DNA of 61,433 nucleotides, filler included. It is 10 parts of 10 records of this genome, joined end to end, with 100 filler letters (N's around TTAATTAATTAA, not from the genome) between each part and the next. Parts side by side here need not be neighbours in the genome. Positions count along the whole stretch, not along the records: positions 31,517 to 36,608 come from SRR31147125_436874; positions 36,709 to 42,654 come from SRR31147125_440777; positions 42,755 to 49,074 come from SRR31147125_468606; 7 more parts are not named here. One strand, 5' to 3'. Shown piece after piece: positions 32,702 through 46,710 of this stretch. The notes below the pieces were generated by a model, which had not been told where the DNA came from, made no database searches, and saw only the letters and a program-made list of their open reading frames with translations. Position 1 is the first letter of the stretch; every line of letters starts with the position of its first letter. A program made the translations under genes and the position numbers.

Positions 32702-34354
32702 ATGTCCATGTTCTGTTTTCAGTGCCAGGAGGCCGCCGGAGGAACCGGCTGTACCTTACAGGGAGTCTGCGGCAAGACCGATGTTGTCGCCGCCAACCAG
32801 GATCTTCTCATTTACGCCCTCAAGGGGCTGAGCTGGGCCGCCGAAACCGCCGCGGCACAGGGAGTCGCCGTACCGGTCGAGGCCGGCCGCTTCATCATGT
32901 ACGGCCTGTTCACCACCATCACGAACGCCAACTTCGATTCAGAAGCATTAACCGCTTCGGTAACCCGGGCCCTGGTACTCAGGGACGAGCTCCTTGCCGC
33001 CGCCGTGAACGCCGGCTGGGACGGTCGGACAATGCCCGCCGCCGCCGCGTGGAAGCCTGGGAGCGAAGCCGAATACCCGGTGAAGGCTGCCATGGTGGGC
33101 GTCCTGGCAACAGAGAACGAAGATATCCGCAGCCTTCGAGAGCTCATCACCTACGGTCTGAAGGGGTTGGCGGCCTACGTCGATCATGCAGAAAAACTGG
33201 GCAGCGAAGACGAGGAACTCTACTCCTTCACCCGCCGGGCTCTGGCCGCCACACTGGATGACAGCCTCGACGTGGACAGTCTTGTCGCCCTTACTCTGGA
33301 AACCGGTGAGAAAGGGGTTGCCGCCATGGCCATGCTGGATGCGGCCAATACCGGTGCCTACGGCAATCCCGAAATCACAGAGGTCAGCCTGGAAGCCGGC
33401 GACCGGCCCGGTATTCTCGTATCGGGTCATGATCTGATGGATATGAAAGAGCTTCTGGAGCAGAGCAAGGACGCCGGTATCGACATCTACACCCACAGCG
33501 AGATGCTTCCCGCCCATTACTACCCTGAGCTGAAAGCCTATCCCCACCTGAAAGGGAATTACGGATCCTCCTGGTGGCATCAGAAGAAGGATTTCGAATC
33601 ATTCAACGGCCCGGTTCTTCTGACAACCAACTGCCTGGTGCCGCCGAAGGACTCCTACAAGGACCGGGTATTCACCACCGGTGCCGCGGGATTCCCGGGC
33701 ATCGCCCACATCACCGACCGGAAAGAGGGCGGGGCCAAGGACTTCTCCGGGATCATCGAAATGGCGAAGAACTGCCCCGCTCCGGTCAATCTGGAAAGCG
33801 GCAGCATCGTCGGCGGATTCGCCCATGCCCAGGTTCTGGCCCTGGCCGACAAGGTTGTGGACGCGGTGAAATCCGGTGCGATCAAGCGCTTCTTCGTGAT
33901 GGCCGGATGCGACGGCCGGCAGAAAGGCCGCAACTACTATGGTGATTTCGCTGAAAAGCTTCCTTCCGATACCGTGATTCTCACCGCCGGCTGCGCGAAG
34001 TACCGCTACAACAAGCTGCCTCTGGGTGACATCGGCGGGATTCCCAGGGTACTGGATGCCGGACAGTGCAACGACAGCTACTCACTGGCGGTGATTGCCA
34101 TGAAGCTCAAAGAGGTGTTCGGCCTTGAGGACATCAACGAACTGCCGATTTCCTACAACATCGCCTGGTACGAGCAGAAAGCCGTCATCGTGCTGCTGGC
34201 CCTTCTCCACCTGGGAGTGAAGGACATCCACCTGGGCCCCACCCTGCCGGCATTCCTTTCGCCTGCTGTGGCGGGAGTTCTGGCCGAGAACTTCGGCATC
34301 GCGGGTATCAGCAACAGCGCGGATGAAGATATCCGGTTCTTCATGGGCACCTGA
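32702..34354 (+). CDS. hcp: Hydroxylamine reductase (hybrid cluster protein)
   Basis: [19 protein letters not shown]...[30 protein letters not shown] and WYEQKAV. Confidence 0.97.
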   Translation: MSMFCFQCQEAAGGTGCTLQGVCGKTDVVAANQDLLIYALKGLSWAAETAAAQGVAVPVEAGRFIMYGLFTTITNANFDSEALTASVTRALVLRDELLAAAVNAGWDGRTMPAAAAWKPGSEAEYPVKAAMVGVLATENEDIRSLRELITYGLKGLAAYVDHAEKLGSEDEELYSFTRRALAATLDDSLDVDSLVALTLETGEKGVAAMAMLDAANTGAYGNPEITEVSLEAGDRPGILVSGHDLMDMKELLEQSKDAGIDIYTHSEMLPAHYYPELKAYPHLKGNYGSSWWHQKKDFESFNGPVLLTTNCLVPPKDSYKDRVFTTGAAGFPGIAHITDRKEGGAKDFSGIIEMAKNCPAPVNLESGSIVGGFAHAQVLALADKVVDAVKSGAIKRFFVMAGCDGRQKGRNYYGDFAEKLPSDTVILTAGCAKYRYNKLPLGDIGGIPRVLDAGQCNDSYSLAVIAMKLKEVFGLEDINELPISYNIAWYEQKAVIVLLALLHLGVKDIHLGPTLPAFLSPAVAGVLAENFGIAGISNSADEDIRFFMGT

Positions 34355-34375
34355 TACAACCTGGAATCGACACAA

Positions 34376-34400
34376 CGCGGAGGGCCGGACGCCCTTCGCG
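34376..34400. terminator. Hairpin between convergent hcp and hcpR
   Basis: CGCGGAGGGC-cggac-GCCCTTCGCG. Confidence 0.55.
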
Positions 34401-34403
34401 CTT

Positions 34404-35098
34404 CTATGCGTCTTCCTGCAGATCCTTCAGGGCGGGGAGATCCAGATGCATACTGTTTCTGTCAATGACTGTCAGCAATCCGTCATCCGCCATCTTCGAG
34501 AGCTCCCGGGACAGTGAAGGACGGGCCACGCCCAGGAGGTCGGCCATCTGTTCACGGCCGTACCGCCAGTGAGGCTGGTCGGTGGCCTGCTCCCTGCAGA
34601 GATCCAGGAGGTGGGAAGCGATTTTCAAACGAAGGGAACTGAATCGGAGAAGACGTATTTTTTCGGCCAGAAAGCGCACCTTATCTCCGGAATCAGCCAG
34701 ATAGGCCTTCAGGATCGCCGGCTCCCGGCTGAAGAGGTTCAGTATCTCTCCGTAGGGAATCGTGATGATGGACACGTCAGTTTCTGCCACCAGGCTCACC
34801 GGCAGGAGGGGATCGGAGCTCATCAGAACGGCCGCCGCCACAACGGCAGGGGCGGAGAAATGCTCCACCACCATGGCCTTGCCGGTGACTGACTCGAAAC
34901 GGGCCTCCAGGCGGCCGGCCGCCAGGAGGATCAGGGCGTCGTACCTGTCACCCTGCTGCCGGACCAGCTCCCCCGGGACCGGGACTCCAGCCTGGCCGAC
35001 GAGTCTTCCAGGATTTCGATGATGCGCTCGGTAGGCATCCCTCTGAACAGCAGGCATGAAGGCAGAGTCGAGATGTCGATGTCATTCCAATCGGCCAT
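34404..35098 (-). CDS. hcpR: Crp/Fnr-family regulator (HcpR-like), apparent 1-nt deletion at ~34971-34974
   Basis: MADWNDIDISTLPSCLLFRGM... joins GELVRQQGD when one G is added. HTH REQMADLLGVARPSLSRELSKM. Adjacent to hcp. Confidence 0.8.
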
Positions 35099-35254
35099 GC
35101 TTCCATTCTAGGCGACACCGGGAACTCTCACCATATAATACTTATTCGCAAATATATTGGGGTTTATCCCTATCTAGAGACATTTTACCGACATGACACA
35201 TGATCCGGAGAAAAGGAACCGCAGGAATCTCTGTTCCACCTGGGGCCGCTGACC

Positions 35255-35461
35255 GTGAACGCGTTGATGGTCAGGACCCTGTCCACCAGCGGGTATACAG
35301 CGGTTGTCGTGGAGAACCTCTTGAAAGCCGGCCTGAATATCAGGGCGGTCGGTATATCCAGGAATACGGATTGGATATCCGGCGACCTCGGAATACCGAT
35401 CAATGGCGATGGTGCGATTGAAGTCGATGCATCGTTCAGGGTGAAGGAAGCCGGGACTAGA
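35255..35461 (+). pseudogene. Possible fragment of a pyridine nucleotide-disulfide oxidoreductase
   Basis: AVGISRNTDWI...GIPINGDGAIEVDASFR resembles the second FAD-binding segment. The rest of the gene is absent. Confidence 0.4.
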
Positions 35462-36608
35462 TCAGAAGTGGATGCCGCCGTAAAACTTCACCACTCCGGC
35501 CCAGCTGCCGTCGGAACTCAGGTTCAGGTTGATACCTGAATCCAGAAGAGCGCTCTGGCGGCTCACCCAGGGAGTTTTCAGGCTCAGTCCCATTCCCCCG
35601 TAGATTCCGAAGTTCCGCCCCAGACCGGCCGTCAGGCTGAGGGTGGGAATGGCCAGGAAATTGTTCCAGGCTTCCTCGGCGGACGAATACATGAAGTAGT
35701 CCTCCATCGCCGTCTTCCAGTCCAGCTCGACTTCGAGGTAGAAGGGCCTGAGGGACATCCTGAATCCGGTTCCGAATCCGAACACCAGCGTTTCAGGATT
35801 CTCGACGAAGTTCCATTGCTCCCAGCCCATGATGAACCGGGTATAGAAATAGCGGTTTCCGGTGCGGATGCTCGCGTAGGTCCGACCGCCCTGCTCGAAC
35901 CGCATGTCGATATCCCGGATGCCGTCCCGGGAGATGTTCACCAGGCCGATGGGGAAAGCCCGCATATCGTCCGAATAGTTCACAAGGCCGATGAGGACAC
36001 CGGATGAAGATTCCGATACATTGATCAGTCCGATCTGTGTACCGGTGATGTCGGCAGCCTGGTTGTAGATTCCCGCTATCTGCAGGCCGTTGATGGAACC
36101 GGTGGACTGATTGAAGATGCCGGAGATCTGAGCTCCGTGGATTTCTCCGGACGACTGGTTGAAAATGCCGGCAACCTGCGTCCCGTACATGGTGCCGGAT
36201 GCGTAATTGAAGATACCCGAGATCTGGGCGCCACTCATCCTGGAGGAAGTCCGGTTGAAGATCCCGGAGAACTGGACGCCGGAGACGGCGCCGTAGGCAT
36301 TGGAGTAGATGCCGCTGGTCTGAGCCCCTGAAAGAGGCCCGCTGCTCACCGAGCCGATGAACGCGGCCTGATAACCGTCGACACCGCCTTCGGACATGGC
36401 CATGATCAGTCCCATCTGGGCGCCTTCCACGCCCCAGGCGGAAGCGATGGGCATGCCGATCTGGAAACTGACCTTCGAATCAGAGGCATCCGGGAAGCCG
36501 AGTCCCGGCGCCACGCCGAAGGAGAATCCCACCTTCTTGTTGGGCATTTCTTCAGCGCCCCGGAATTGGGTGTATTCAGGGCGGACACGGGACAGGGAGG
36601 ACGTCTGG
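35462..36608 (-). CDS. LA_2272-like surface repeat protein, 5' truncated
   Basis: Many GxQxxGIxN 15-aa repeats followed by a beta-strand C-terminus ending in GIHF. Confidence 0.75.
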
Positions 36609-36753
36609 NNNNNNNNNNNNNNNNNNNNNNNNNNNNNNNNNNNNNNNNNNNNTTAATTAATTAANNNNNNNNNNNNNNNNNNNNNNNNNNNNNNNNNNNN
36701 NNNNNNNNGATGAGGATGAGGATGAGGATGAGGATGTGGATGGATCGACAAAG

Positions 36754-37296
36754 CTAAATCAACCTACCCAGCTCGTCCTCTCGGAGAGCTTGTTTCAAGT
36801 CCTCGATTTCCAACGCCAGAAGGATCGCCGTCAAGCCCACAGTGAACGTGAACATCAACATGGTGATCCCGTAGATCTTACACAGGGTCTTACTCCGTAG
36901 AAGCGCTAGAGAATACCCGTTATGCGTATGTGTCCCCATGGACGGCACAATGGGGACACTCTACCTGCACAAGCCCCTATTCCAATGACCACCAACCCCA
37001 CAACAAGTAGTACAGCGTCCCGCCACCCCAGTCGATTGCTCTCCCAGCATGTATCGCCTACCACAAGACAGGAGAGGGGTCGGAGGGCGGCGGCAGAGAG
37101 ACAACCTCCTCGTTTGACGTACAGTCAATGGAAACGTGAGACCCTGGGGACACCGTGTAGGCACACCCTGACCGATCCACTCCAATCAACACCGCAAGAA
37201 GGAGGAAGACGAGTTGTGTGAGGCAAATGACTTGGGCCGTCCCCTTGTCAACCAACCAAACCCTTGAACGACGTGCCCTACGCACTCAGAACCCAT
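36754..37296 (-). CDS. Multi-pass membrane protein (tetraspanin-like?), spliced, probably continuing off the contig
   Basis: Three hydrophobic segments in successive exons. Start and end uncertain. Confidence 0.35.
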
Positions 37297-37338
37297 CGAG
37301 GGGCACCCTGTAAGTTCTCTCGTATCCTTTCAAACTGT

Positions 37339-40300
37339 TCACCTAGCATTGCGGTTGCGAGAGGGCCCCGCACCCACCAACGCCACGGCGGCGGGGAAAG
37401 AGAATGATTTGTTTGCTTCACAGAGAGGGCCTAGCGGCGTATCGCCCGATGACATAGTTGCGTTCATACAGCCTCGTCTTGCATGCAATGGAATCTTCCA
37501 CCCAATTTCGTGATACGACATGTCGTTCTCGATAGCCTTCTTCACGCAGACTAACACCCCAGACACCATAGGTCAATCCATCCGATCCATCCATCGATCA
37601 ACTCTTCCTACATACATGCGAAGTTGTGCACGGATCTCAGGCAAACGATCCAGATCCGCTCGGTTGACTACAACATGAGTTGTGTCGGGAGCCAACTGAT
37701 TCCCGCAGTCCCAGTGAACAATGAAGGACAGAGCAGAGAAACGCAACGGACCGTGTCCAAGACTTTGCCTCCATAGAATTGTAGGTCCAATGCGACAAGA
37801 TCCATCAAGGTTCCAGGAACGCGACACGAAGAATCTCTGGAGAAGGACAGGTGAATGAAGACAATACCCACCAGCACCAGTACACAAACCCCACAACAAG
37901 AAATTGGTCAACATAAACAACACAACCGAAGAAGATATCCCCGGACGTGCGAAGATCATCAATCTCATCATCTGAGAAGTCGGAACGAAAGTCCAGCAGA
38001 TGAGATCGTCCATCGAGAACGGGACACGGAACTTCGTTCAGGGCCTTATCGAACCAAGAGGAGTTGGCAACATGTGTGAGCCACATCCCGTCATCCCGGA
38101 CGCAACACTCTTCACAGTGTCCAGTGTGGCATCGATGAGATAACTATCCCCAAAGGGATCGAGTTCTTTTTGAAGACGTTTCTGTGTTCCTGGTGTTACG
38201 AAGAAGAGATATCTGACATGATTGTAAGAAAAAACTCCCTCCTCCCATTAGGCATTCGCTCACTTGTGATGGAATGGCAACAGAAGAGCTGCCCCCGCAC
38301 AGTCCAAGATGTAATGTGACGAGATGACATCGCGTGTGCCGATTCGATGGATCTCATTGCGAACCTTGAGTGCTGAGATCAAGGTAAGGGAAAACAAAGA
38401 AGGATAGGGGGAACATACGCAGAGATCCCGTCACCGGGTGCTTGCCTGTCACAATGTACTGGGTCCGCCCGGCCCTTGGGTTTTGTACCTTCGTTCCTCC
38501 GTGTCTTGTTATCGGGACGTCAGACCCTCCACCACCGCATCACGAGAACATAGCAACACACCCAACAATCAGTTCTTCCACACGACGCTTGGTGTGTCCG
38601 GCCTCGGTTCCCATAACACCTTAATCAGAAGATGAAGGACGAACATCCACTGCGACAACAACATCGTGTGGATACAGAATTCAATGCCTTTGAAGATGCT
38701 GGTCTCTTGTGCCACATGGGATGTGTCTGTGTCTCGGAATTGTGGCAGTACCATTTGTCCCTATCGTGACAGTTCGTTCAGGACTTCTGCTCTCCGGTCC
38801 CGTTTCATTCATTTCACCCACCCGAGAGGGAGCCAGCCTGGCACGTTTCTGGGGAGATGACTTGATGCCTCCCCTCACGCGACTCCGTCCCCGTCCACTG
38901 TGCACAGCATCCACGAGTTCTATCCGGAGGCCGGCGACCATCATCTTCTTACAATACAAGACTCCCACATGTGTGCACGTACCACTGTACGTCATACACT
39001 GATCAAAGGGTTTGTCATGCCGAATTCGCACCACACGAGGAAATCGCAGGGTGTAACCGGCCTTGTACTTGTCCGAGGGGGTGATCTCCCCTGCGACAAC
39101 CTCCAGGATCTTGGAGCTGCACGTTCGAGGGATCAGCGTCCTCGTTGCTCGTGACTCAACCCAACATACTGTTTCGGTTCAATCCACACATCGGGACGTT
39201 CCCCGGCCCCCGGAATCCAGCCGTCGGCAAACTCAGGGATCCGTGCCGGGTTCCATCGGATCCACTTATCCTTCAATTCTGCATTCAAATTGCGGGCCTC
39301 GTTCACCTTGTATCCTGATCCCACTCTGCATATGGAATGAAACTTGCATCTGCCATCATAGCTAGTAAGAGAGGGAATGGAAGGGGTTCGCATACTTGTC
39401 CGAAGTCCCACCACCCGACGGCGGAAGAGCAACAGCACACAAAAAGTGAGAGATCATTTCCGTTCGTCTTCGTCCCTCGCCGTAGTATCCACCAATGATA
39501 ACAAGATCCATGGTGCCGCCATCCTCGTCCATGTATTCGGGTTTGAATTTCAACCAATGGTTCTTTCGTTCCCCGGGGGCATAGGCGGACTTGAGATCCT
39601 TGACGATGACACCCTCATCCCTGAAGACAATGACTTCCCCAGCCACATCCACCCACACCTCACACACCCCTGTTCAATCGCAGCGTCAATAGCACGGGTG
39701 ACATCTTGCTTCCTCCTCGCTCGTTGTTGGTCCGCAAGCTCAAGACGCTGTCCAGCGCAGTCAAGATTTGCCACCACATTCATTCGTTGGATCACAACCT
39801 TTTCGAGAGGACGAATAATCCTAGTGAGAATCTCTCGCCTCTGGTCAAGAGTCATTTCCATGACAATGTCGTCATTCACCAACAGGATGTCGAACACAAC
39901 ATCTACAAACAACACAGTTAAGGGAGAGGGAGGAGGGTCAACAGAGAAACCAGGATGGATACAACACAAGTGTTTCCCTTCATTCGAGCCGCCTAGGGCT
40001 GTGCAGGAACCCTCCGCGTGAGGAACTCCCCACTTCCTCAGGAATTCTCTCGTACCTACTGTTTTCAATCCACCAAATCCTTCAAACCGTTGAAACTCCT
40101 CATCCCACACAAGTAGTTCACCATCAAGAATACATCTGATGTGTGGATGACGATCGAGGAACGACAATCCCAATCTACACATGCCTACCTCTGTGCCAGC
40201 ACATAGCGGCGAATGAAGGGGGCAAGAGCCTGGTAGAGGTTCGAGTAGACAGTTGCCTTGCGTGAGAAGATCTCCACCTGTTGCTTCCACATCAGTCCCT

Positions 40301-41533
40301 CCATTCTCGTCGCGTCATCTCCCTCATAACCTTGTCTCCATCACGATGAACTTGAATTCTCTCTCCGTCAAACTTGGTTTCAATAGCAAACTCTTGTCCC
40401 TCCATAATCTTCTCAACGTCGTCGGGATCGCGTCGGCTCGCAAGCATTGGCTTCACAGGTTGACCCAATTTGATATCACATGCACGATGTCGTTGGTTGG
40501 GATCGCGCAGCTCATTCACAACCTTCTTAAGATCGCTACAGGCGTTGTAGCTGCAACCCTCCTTGTGTCAGGAGACGTGTCGGTTGCCCTTCCCTCTCCC
40601 ACGCCGCACTAGTCGAGCGCATCATCATGATAGAACTTGAGAATCGGCTCATGACGAATTCCCAGACGCATTTCCTTCAGGATGATACGCAGGATCCACT
40701 TCAATTGCTCACCCGAAACGTTCTGTACAATATTCAAGAGAATACGCTTCTTGTCCTTACTGTGATCTCGTGTTTCGTGTTCGTCTACCCATCTCCCTCA
40801 CAACCAACACAAACCTTTCGGCATGGGAGTTAAGATCATCCAGGAACCCATTGACCCGAGCCAAGGTTGCTGTTGCTTGATCCGCCGAGGGAAGGCGGTT
40901 TTGTAAGGCCAGCGAGGCTACGACAGGAAAATCCCCCGTGCCCATCTGGTCGCAGGGTGTGAGCGGACCCGATTGATCGATCTTGAAACGACCTACACTG
41001 CGACCACAACGTCCAGGGACTCGATAGTTCTTCATTCTGTTGTAATCAGGGCTGGAATTCCCTCAACAGAGTCAGAAGAACAGACTCTTCTTGATCCACG
41101 AGAGACAGACGCACTTGGTATCGGAGAGGTTGAAGATGTCGCGGAAGTACTTGATGAGGGTTTGTTCCTTGAGACCGTAGACGTTGCGCTCCTTGTCCAG
41201 CTTTATAGAACGTCATGAGACCGTATGGAGTGTAGAGAGGGGAGAGGGCGGAGGGGCGGAGGGGCGGGGCCCACCTCAGGCAGAAGCAAGCGAATGACAG
41301 CGTACATGTCGTCATCATGGTAGCGTCGGAAGAAGGCATCGAGGACTCTGATCTTCTCCGCGTGTTTATGCCTGGTATTGATGTTCTCCAAAACCTGTGT
41401 GGCACCGTCAGCGGTGGTGGTGGATGACGGCCCCACGCGCCTGGCAAAAGACGCCAAAAGGCATGTCACGCGTCAGAGGTTCCCGGTCCTGTCCCCTCAG
41501 GACAGGCGCAAGGGAGGACGACGACCCCGACAT
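37339..41533 (-). CDS. LIG4: DNA ligase IV (multi-exon)
   Basis: IRLLLPE, ERNVYGLKE, PVKPMLA, IETKFDGERIQVH, ILDGEL, EGVIVKD...WLKFKPEY, DLVIIGGYYGEG, WIEP and C-terminal BRCT-like segments. End approximate. Confidence 0.9.
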
Positions 41534-41562
41534 AAGAGACAGAAGAGGAGAGTGTATGATCA

Positions 41563-42654
41563 TCACAGGAAGTCGTCGTCCTCTCCTTCCTCTCCCCCAC
41601 CCCCACCGGCACCACCTTCTTCTTGTTCTCCTTCTTCTTCTTCTTCTTCTTCTTCATGGTACTCCATCGATGGGATCACCGTCACACCGGGTGGACCTGA
41701 ATCCGTAATGGAAAGGTGACGTTTGGCAATCGTTGCGATCTGATAGGGACGATCTCTTGGAGTTGGAATGGATGGGATCACCCATTCATCCATAAAGCCA
41801 CACACCTGATTGTCCAAAAAGCCAAACACTTGCTTCGAGGTGACTTCCCGCAGAAGCTAGCACTCTCCATGTCAACACAAGATCCTTCTCCCTGTCTCTG
41901 TACCTCTTCATTTTGTTTGTCAAATGCATCCATTAACTGTGTTGTTGCTTGGAATTCATCCGTTCGTGACCACTCAGCATCCCTGTGACGTGCATCTCGG
42001 TGTGGGGCACGTGATGGAGAGCATTCACCACACATACGTCTCCTGAAAGTGTCGATAGGATTGTTCCGCTCCCTCGGGATCTCCCATGTGAAGTTGGACA
42101 ATAATGATCGACAGATACCTTCCATTTGTTGTGTGAGAAGATCCACACACCCTCGTCACCACGTCACCCCACATCTTGTGCATGGATTGAGGGTGACCAA
42201 GTTTGCTGTACACGCGTAACAACCTTCGCATAATCCCTACAGCGTCTGAGAAACTACAAGAAGAGTCTCAGACCAACAGGATAGCATCACAACACACACA
42301 CACACACACACCGAGCAGCCTTCAACAGAATCAACTGAGCGTACTTGAATGTATCGGCAGCGAACTGTTCCCGTTCTTCTTCTTCGTAGATCTATAACGC
42401 GATCACACCCTGCTGCATGGATCTCTCCTCCTACCACGCACATCGCATGCCCCAAGCATCAATTCACATGCCTTATGTGGATTTGTGGGTTCAATCAACC
42501 TAATCACCACACCTCAGATCCCACGAACCCCACGATCCCACAGAGCATAACACAACACACCTCGCTGCACGCATACGAATATCTCCAGACTTGTCTGGGT
42601 GCCCTCCTGTTCGAAAAAGATGAGCTGCTCGTTCGTATCTGTCCTTCCGATGTG
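41563..42654 (-). CDS. Gamma-SNAP-like protein, 5' truncated, multi-exon
   Basis: LSIIIVQLHMGDPEGAE, QLMDAFDKQNEE, FLDNQ and an acidic tail ending DDDFL. Confidence 0.65.
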
Positions 42655-42807
42655 NNNNNNNNNNNNNNNNNNNNNNNNNNNNNNNNNNNNNNNNNNNNTT
42701 AATTAATTAANNNNNNNNNNNNNNNNNNNNNNNNNNNNNNNNNNNNNNNNNNNNGTGTGTGTGTGTGTGTGTGTGTGTGGTTGACACACGGGGATCCATT
42801 ATATTAC

Positions 42808-43874
42808 ACTTCCTCAGGTACAAGCTTCCCCACTACACCGGAGCTGTGATCGTTTTGTGTGGTGTCGCGCTCTCGGCCTTGACACAGGTGTGCAGGGTGT
42901 GTGTGTCTGGGAACAGCAACTGATACGTATTGTTCCAGCATGACGTGGATACTCATAACACAGCCATTGGTAATATTCTTCTCATCTCGTCCGGTGTTCC
43001 TGGAGCCATTGCTGCCTGCGTCAAAGAGATGAGCTTCCGTAAGCAGGTAGAAAGCATGTCTCAACTCTTGAGAAAACGATTTGGTCTTACGTCTCTCCCT
43101 GCCATCAGAATATGGACTTGTACTACTTGAACGCGTGGGAATCGCTTCTTCAATTCTTCTTCTCCATCCTTCTTATTCCACTCATGTCCATTATTCCCGT
43201 TCGTATCGCTTGATCTCATGGTTCTTCCTCACATATACGGATAGCCAACGACACCCATCGAGGACATTCCACCGAATCTATGGGGAGGATGCAAGTGTCT
43301 CGTTGGGATCAACACCTTGGATACGGATGATTGTAGATCGTCGTGGTTGCAAGTTGTCCTGTTTGTTCTTTTTGATGTGATCTTCAACGTTGCCCTCCTT
43401 ATTGTGGTCAAGTATGGAAGTGCCAGCCTTATGTTCACAGCGAACACGATTGGGTGAGCACCCCAACCAACACACAACCCCCAGGATTTCGCTGACGTTT
43501 CCGGCAGAATTCCTCTGGCAGGAGTGGCATTCTCCCAATCATGGCTTGTGACGGCACGAAACCGAACGAACTTGCGAGGATGGGATATTGGAGCCGTTTG
43601 TGTTGTGTTGGTGCGTGATGAGGTGGCAGCAGCGGCGGCGGGTTGTTATCCGAATGGGAATTGATACGTGGGAGAGAGTGAATAGGCAGGGTTAATTATC
43701 TATCGTTTGCGCGAAGAGGGACAACGGGAACCGGGCGCCGTCGAAGCGGAACAACAGATTCTCATCCCTGGACCCACGGCTGTCGTATTGCGTGCCAGAC
43801 CTCGGCAGCTCATCGCTCCTCGTACGGCATCGGACATCCGCAAAGACTACATGATGCGACTGGGAGTGATCTGA
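42808..43874 (+). CDS. CRT-like (chloroquine-resistance-transporter family) membrane protein, 5' truncated
   Basis: YKLPHYTGAVIVLCG, VPGAIAACVKEMSF, FNVALLIVVKYGSASLMF, IPLAGVAFS and GLIIYR. Confidence 0.7.
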
Positions 43875-43922
43875 TTCGTTGTCTTGCAATACACGCCTTC
43901 ACTCTCTCTCCTGGTGTGGATC

Positions 43923-46670
43923 ATGAAATTGGTGGCGCTTGTTAGTGGAGGCAAAGATAGGTAAGATCCCTCCGATCACGATTCCTTTCTATTATAAACG
44001 AACAGGCGTGGGGGTGGGGGGCAGTTGTTACAACATGGAGGAGTGTGTACGACGAGGACACGAAATTGTGTGCCTCGCAAACCTTGCACCCCCAGCATCC
44101 CATCCGACAGGTGTGGAAACGCTCGCCCCCCTCATTTCACCGCCTCTCATAGGGTGTGGGAGGGAGGTAGAAGAGATGGACTCGTTCACGTTCCAGACGG
44201 TAGGGCACACAGCTCTTGATGTGCTTGCGTCTGCAATGGGACTGCCCTTGGTAGGAAGACTTGAGGCATATGAACACCTTGTGCTGACGAAACCCCACCT
44301 CAAGTACCGTCGTACGATTATGGGATCTGCTGCTACACAGGAAGTCTCCTACGAACCCACCCATGGTGATGAAGTCGAAGATCTCTTTGCTCTTCTTCAA
44401 GATGTGAAGGTGCAATGCCCAATCCAAATGCATCAGGGGATTGATGAGGAGAATGTACGTAGCGAGCCCATCCGGATGTGGAGGGTGTATCCTGTGGAGC
44501 TATCTGGTCGGATTACCAGCGTTTACGTGTAGAGAACGTGTGCGTTGTGTGTGCGTTGTGTGTAGATGTGTGTTCTCAGAGATCAATTGATAGGTGTTCT
44601 CGTCTGGATCTCACATCCGTAGCGTACTTGTGGCATCGAGAACAGAGAGACTTACTTCACGAGATAATTGAAGCCGGCGTGCATGCCATCGTTATCAAAG
44701 TGGCATGTATGGGTGCGTGCGGTGTGGTCCACTGTTGATAGATACAGAGAATTTGTGAAGGGCTCGTGCCAACAAAGCACTTGGGGCGGACGCTACAAGA
44801 GCTCGAACCACATTTGCATCGTTTGGTGCGTGTGTGAAATTCGTGCTGTGAGTAGGAATGATCTATTCGTACCGATAGCACAATGAATTTGGGATGAACG
44901 TGTGTGGTGAAGGTGGTGAATACGAAACGTTTGTATTGGATTGTTCTCTGTTCACAAAACGCGTTGTGCTGTGCGCTTCTCTTGTCGGCTGCGTGTTGAA
45001 GAAGCTAATTGTCTCTGTGCTAGGGATGCGACAGAAGTTGTTACGGTTGTGGCAGATCCCATTGCTCCTGTCGCCTATATGCGTCTCATGGACGCTCATC
45101 TGGAGACCAAACCGTTATCAAGTGCCGCCGTATGCAGTCGAGCGTACGAAACAGAAGATAATGATACTGAAGAGGAAGAGAAGGAAGGTGCAATCGCTGC
45201 CGTATGGGAAGTGCGTGACCAGAAAGGGGACGACAACGACGGCGAGGAAGAGGGGGCAGCACAGCAAAGGAACGAGTGGATCCCGTTTGTTTCTGGAGAG
45301 ATTGGAATGACATCACATCCAGCTGCATGTGTGGAGGAAGAGTTGTCCATGCAGATGACGCATATTGGAGGTACGAGTCCTTGTGCCATGTCTATTCTCT
45401 TCTTTTTTTTGTTTGTGTACGTACAGCACTGTTGAGAGATCGTGGCTTGTCGTGGCGGGATGTGTATTATGTTTCTCTCTATGTGCGAGATATGAGTCTT
45501 TTTTCCTCGATGAATCGAGTGTATAGCTCTTTCATGGCGGCATCCAATCCACCCTCACGGTGAGGATTTGGAGGGATGGGTATTTGATTCCTGCTGAATC
45601 CATGCAGGACATGTGTACAGATCCCTATGCAAAAGGGTCACGTTGCCTTGGAGTGTTGGGCGAGTGTTTCTCGTACGTTGATTGATGAATGTGGAAGGGG
45701 ACTCACACAACAATCTCCTTTTTCATACAGCACGACGTGTTTTGCACGTGCAGAGCATCTCCTGTTGGGCCCCCGCATGCATTGGCCCTTATAGCCAGTG
45801 CTCGGAAATTCTAGGGCTTGTCTTCACGGCAGGGAACATTGGTCTCGATCCATCCACCATGCGATTAGTATCCGGCGTGCGACAACAAAGCGAGAGAGCT
45901 TTGTGTAATCTGGAAAGCACACTCGCCGTCTTGGATTCATCCATTACCAATTCGGTCCGCGCGGTGGCATTCGTAACATGTTCCTTCCATGCAAACGTGG
46001 CACGAAGTGTTTGGGAAGACGTTTTGCGAAAGACGGGACATGAGGTTCGTACACGAGTCCATGGCTTTTTCACGTGTGACCTTTCTATCAGAAAACAATG
46101 GCACAAGCCCTCACCCTTCTGGTCGTTCCAGCCTTGCCACGTTTTGCACTTGTGGAATATCAGATCGTAGCATTCCCACACCATCTTCGCCAACGATGGC
46201 AAGACGCCCAGTTTTTGGTACGTACACGGTGAGGGAACCGTGGCCTCTGATGCTATGAATACATCCAGATCGGTAACGGCCACTGGATTGCGCTACGAAA
46301 ACATTTCTGCGCTGCCTTTTGTACTCCGTCAAGTGTCCCACAGACTTTCCCGTCGATTTCACTTCCATTGGCACTAGAAGAGGTTTTGGATGTCTGCCAT
46401 ACGGCCTTGCGTCAAGCCGAACTCCCATGGAGCGGAGTTCAGACATTTCGACTCTTCTACGTGTATGGTAGTGTATCGGACTCCTCCTTGCGGCGACGTG
46501 CGTACTTTTGTTTGGGCTGCTTGCACCTGTCGATGACACGTACAGCAGACATGCGCCACCTCTCTCCCCTCTCTTCAATGGCATCCTTCATCCCTGTTAC
46601 TGCTGTGGGCACGATTGGAGCACCGTTTGGGGTAGAGATGATGGCTGTAGCACACGCCGATAGCGAGTGA
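43923..46670 (+). CDS. DPH6: Diphthine-ammonia ligase with C-terminal RidA/YjgF domains (multi-exon)
   Basis: MKLVALVSGGKDS, FQTVGH, GDEVEDL, GAIWSDYQRLRVE, CGEGGEYET, NPPSR and LHVQSISCWAPACIGPYSQ. Confidence 0.92.
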
Positions 46671-46710
46671 AGTCCAATGTTGTACGAAAGAAAGGAGAGA
46701 GAAAGAAACA

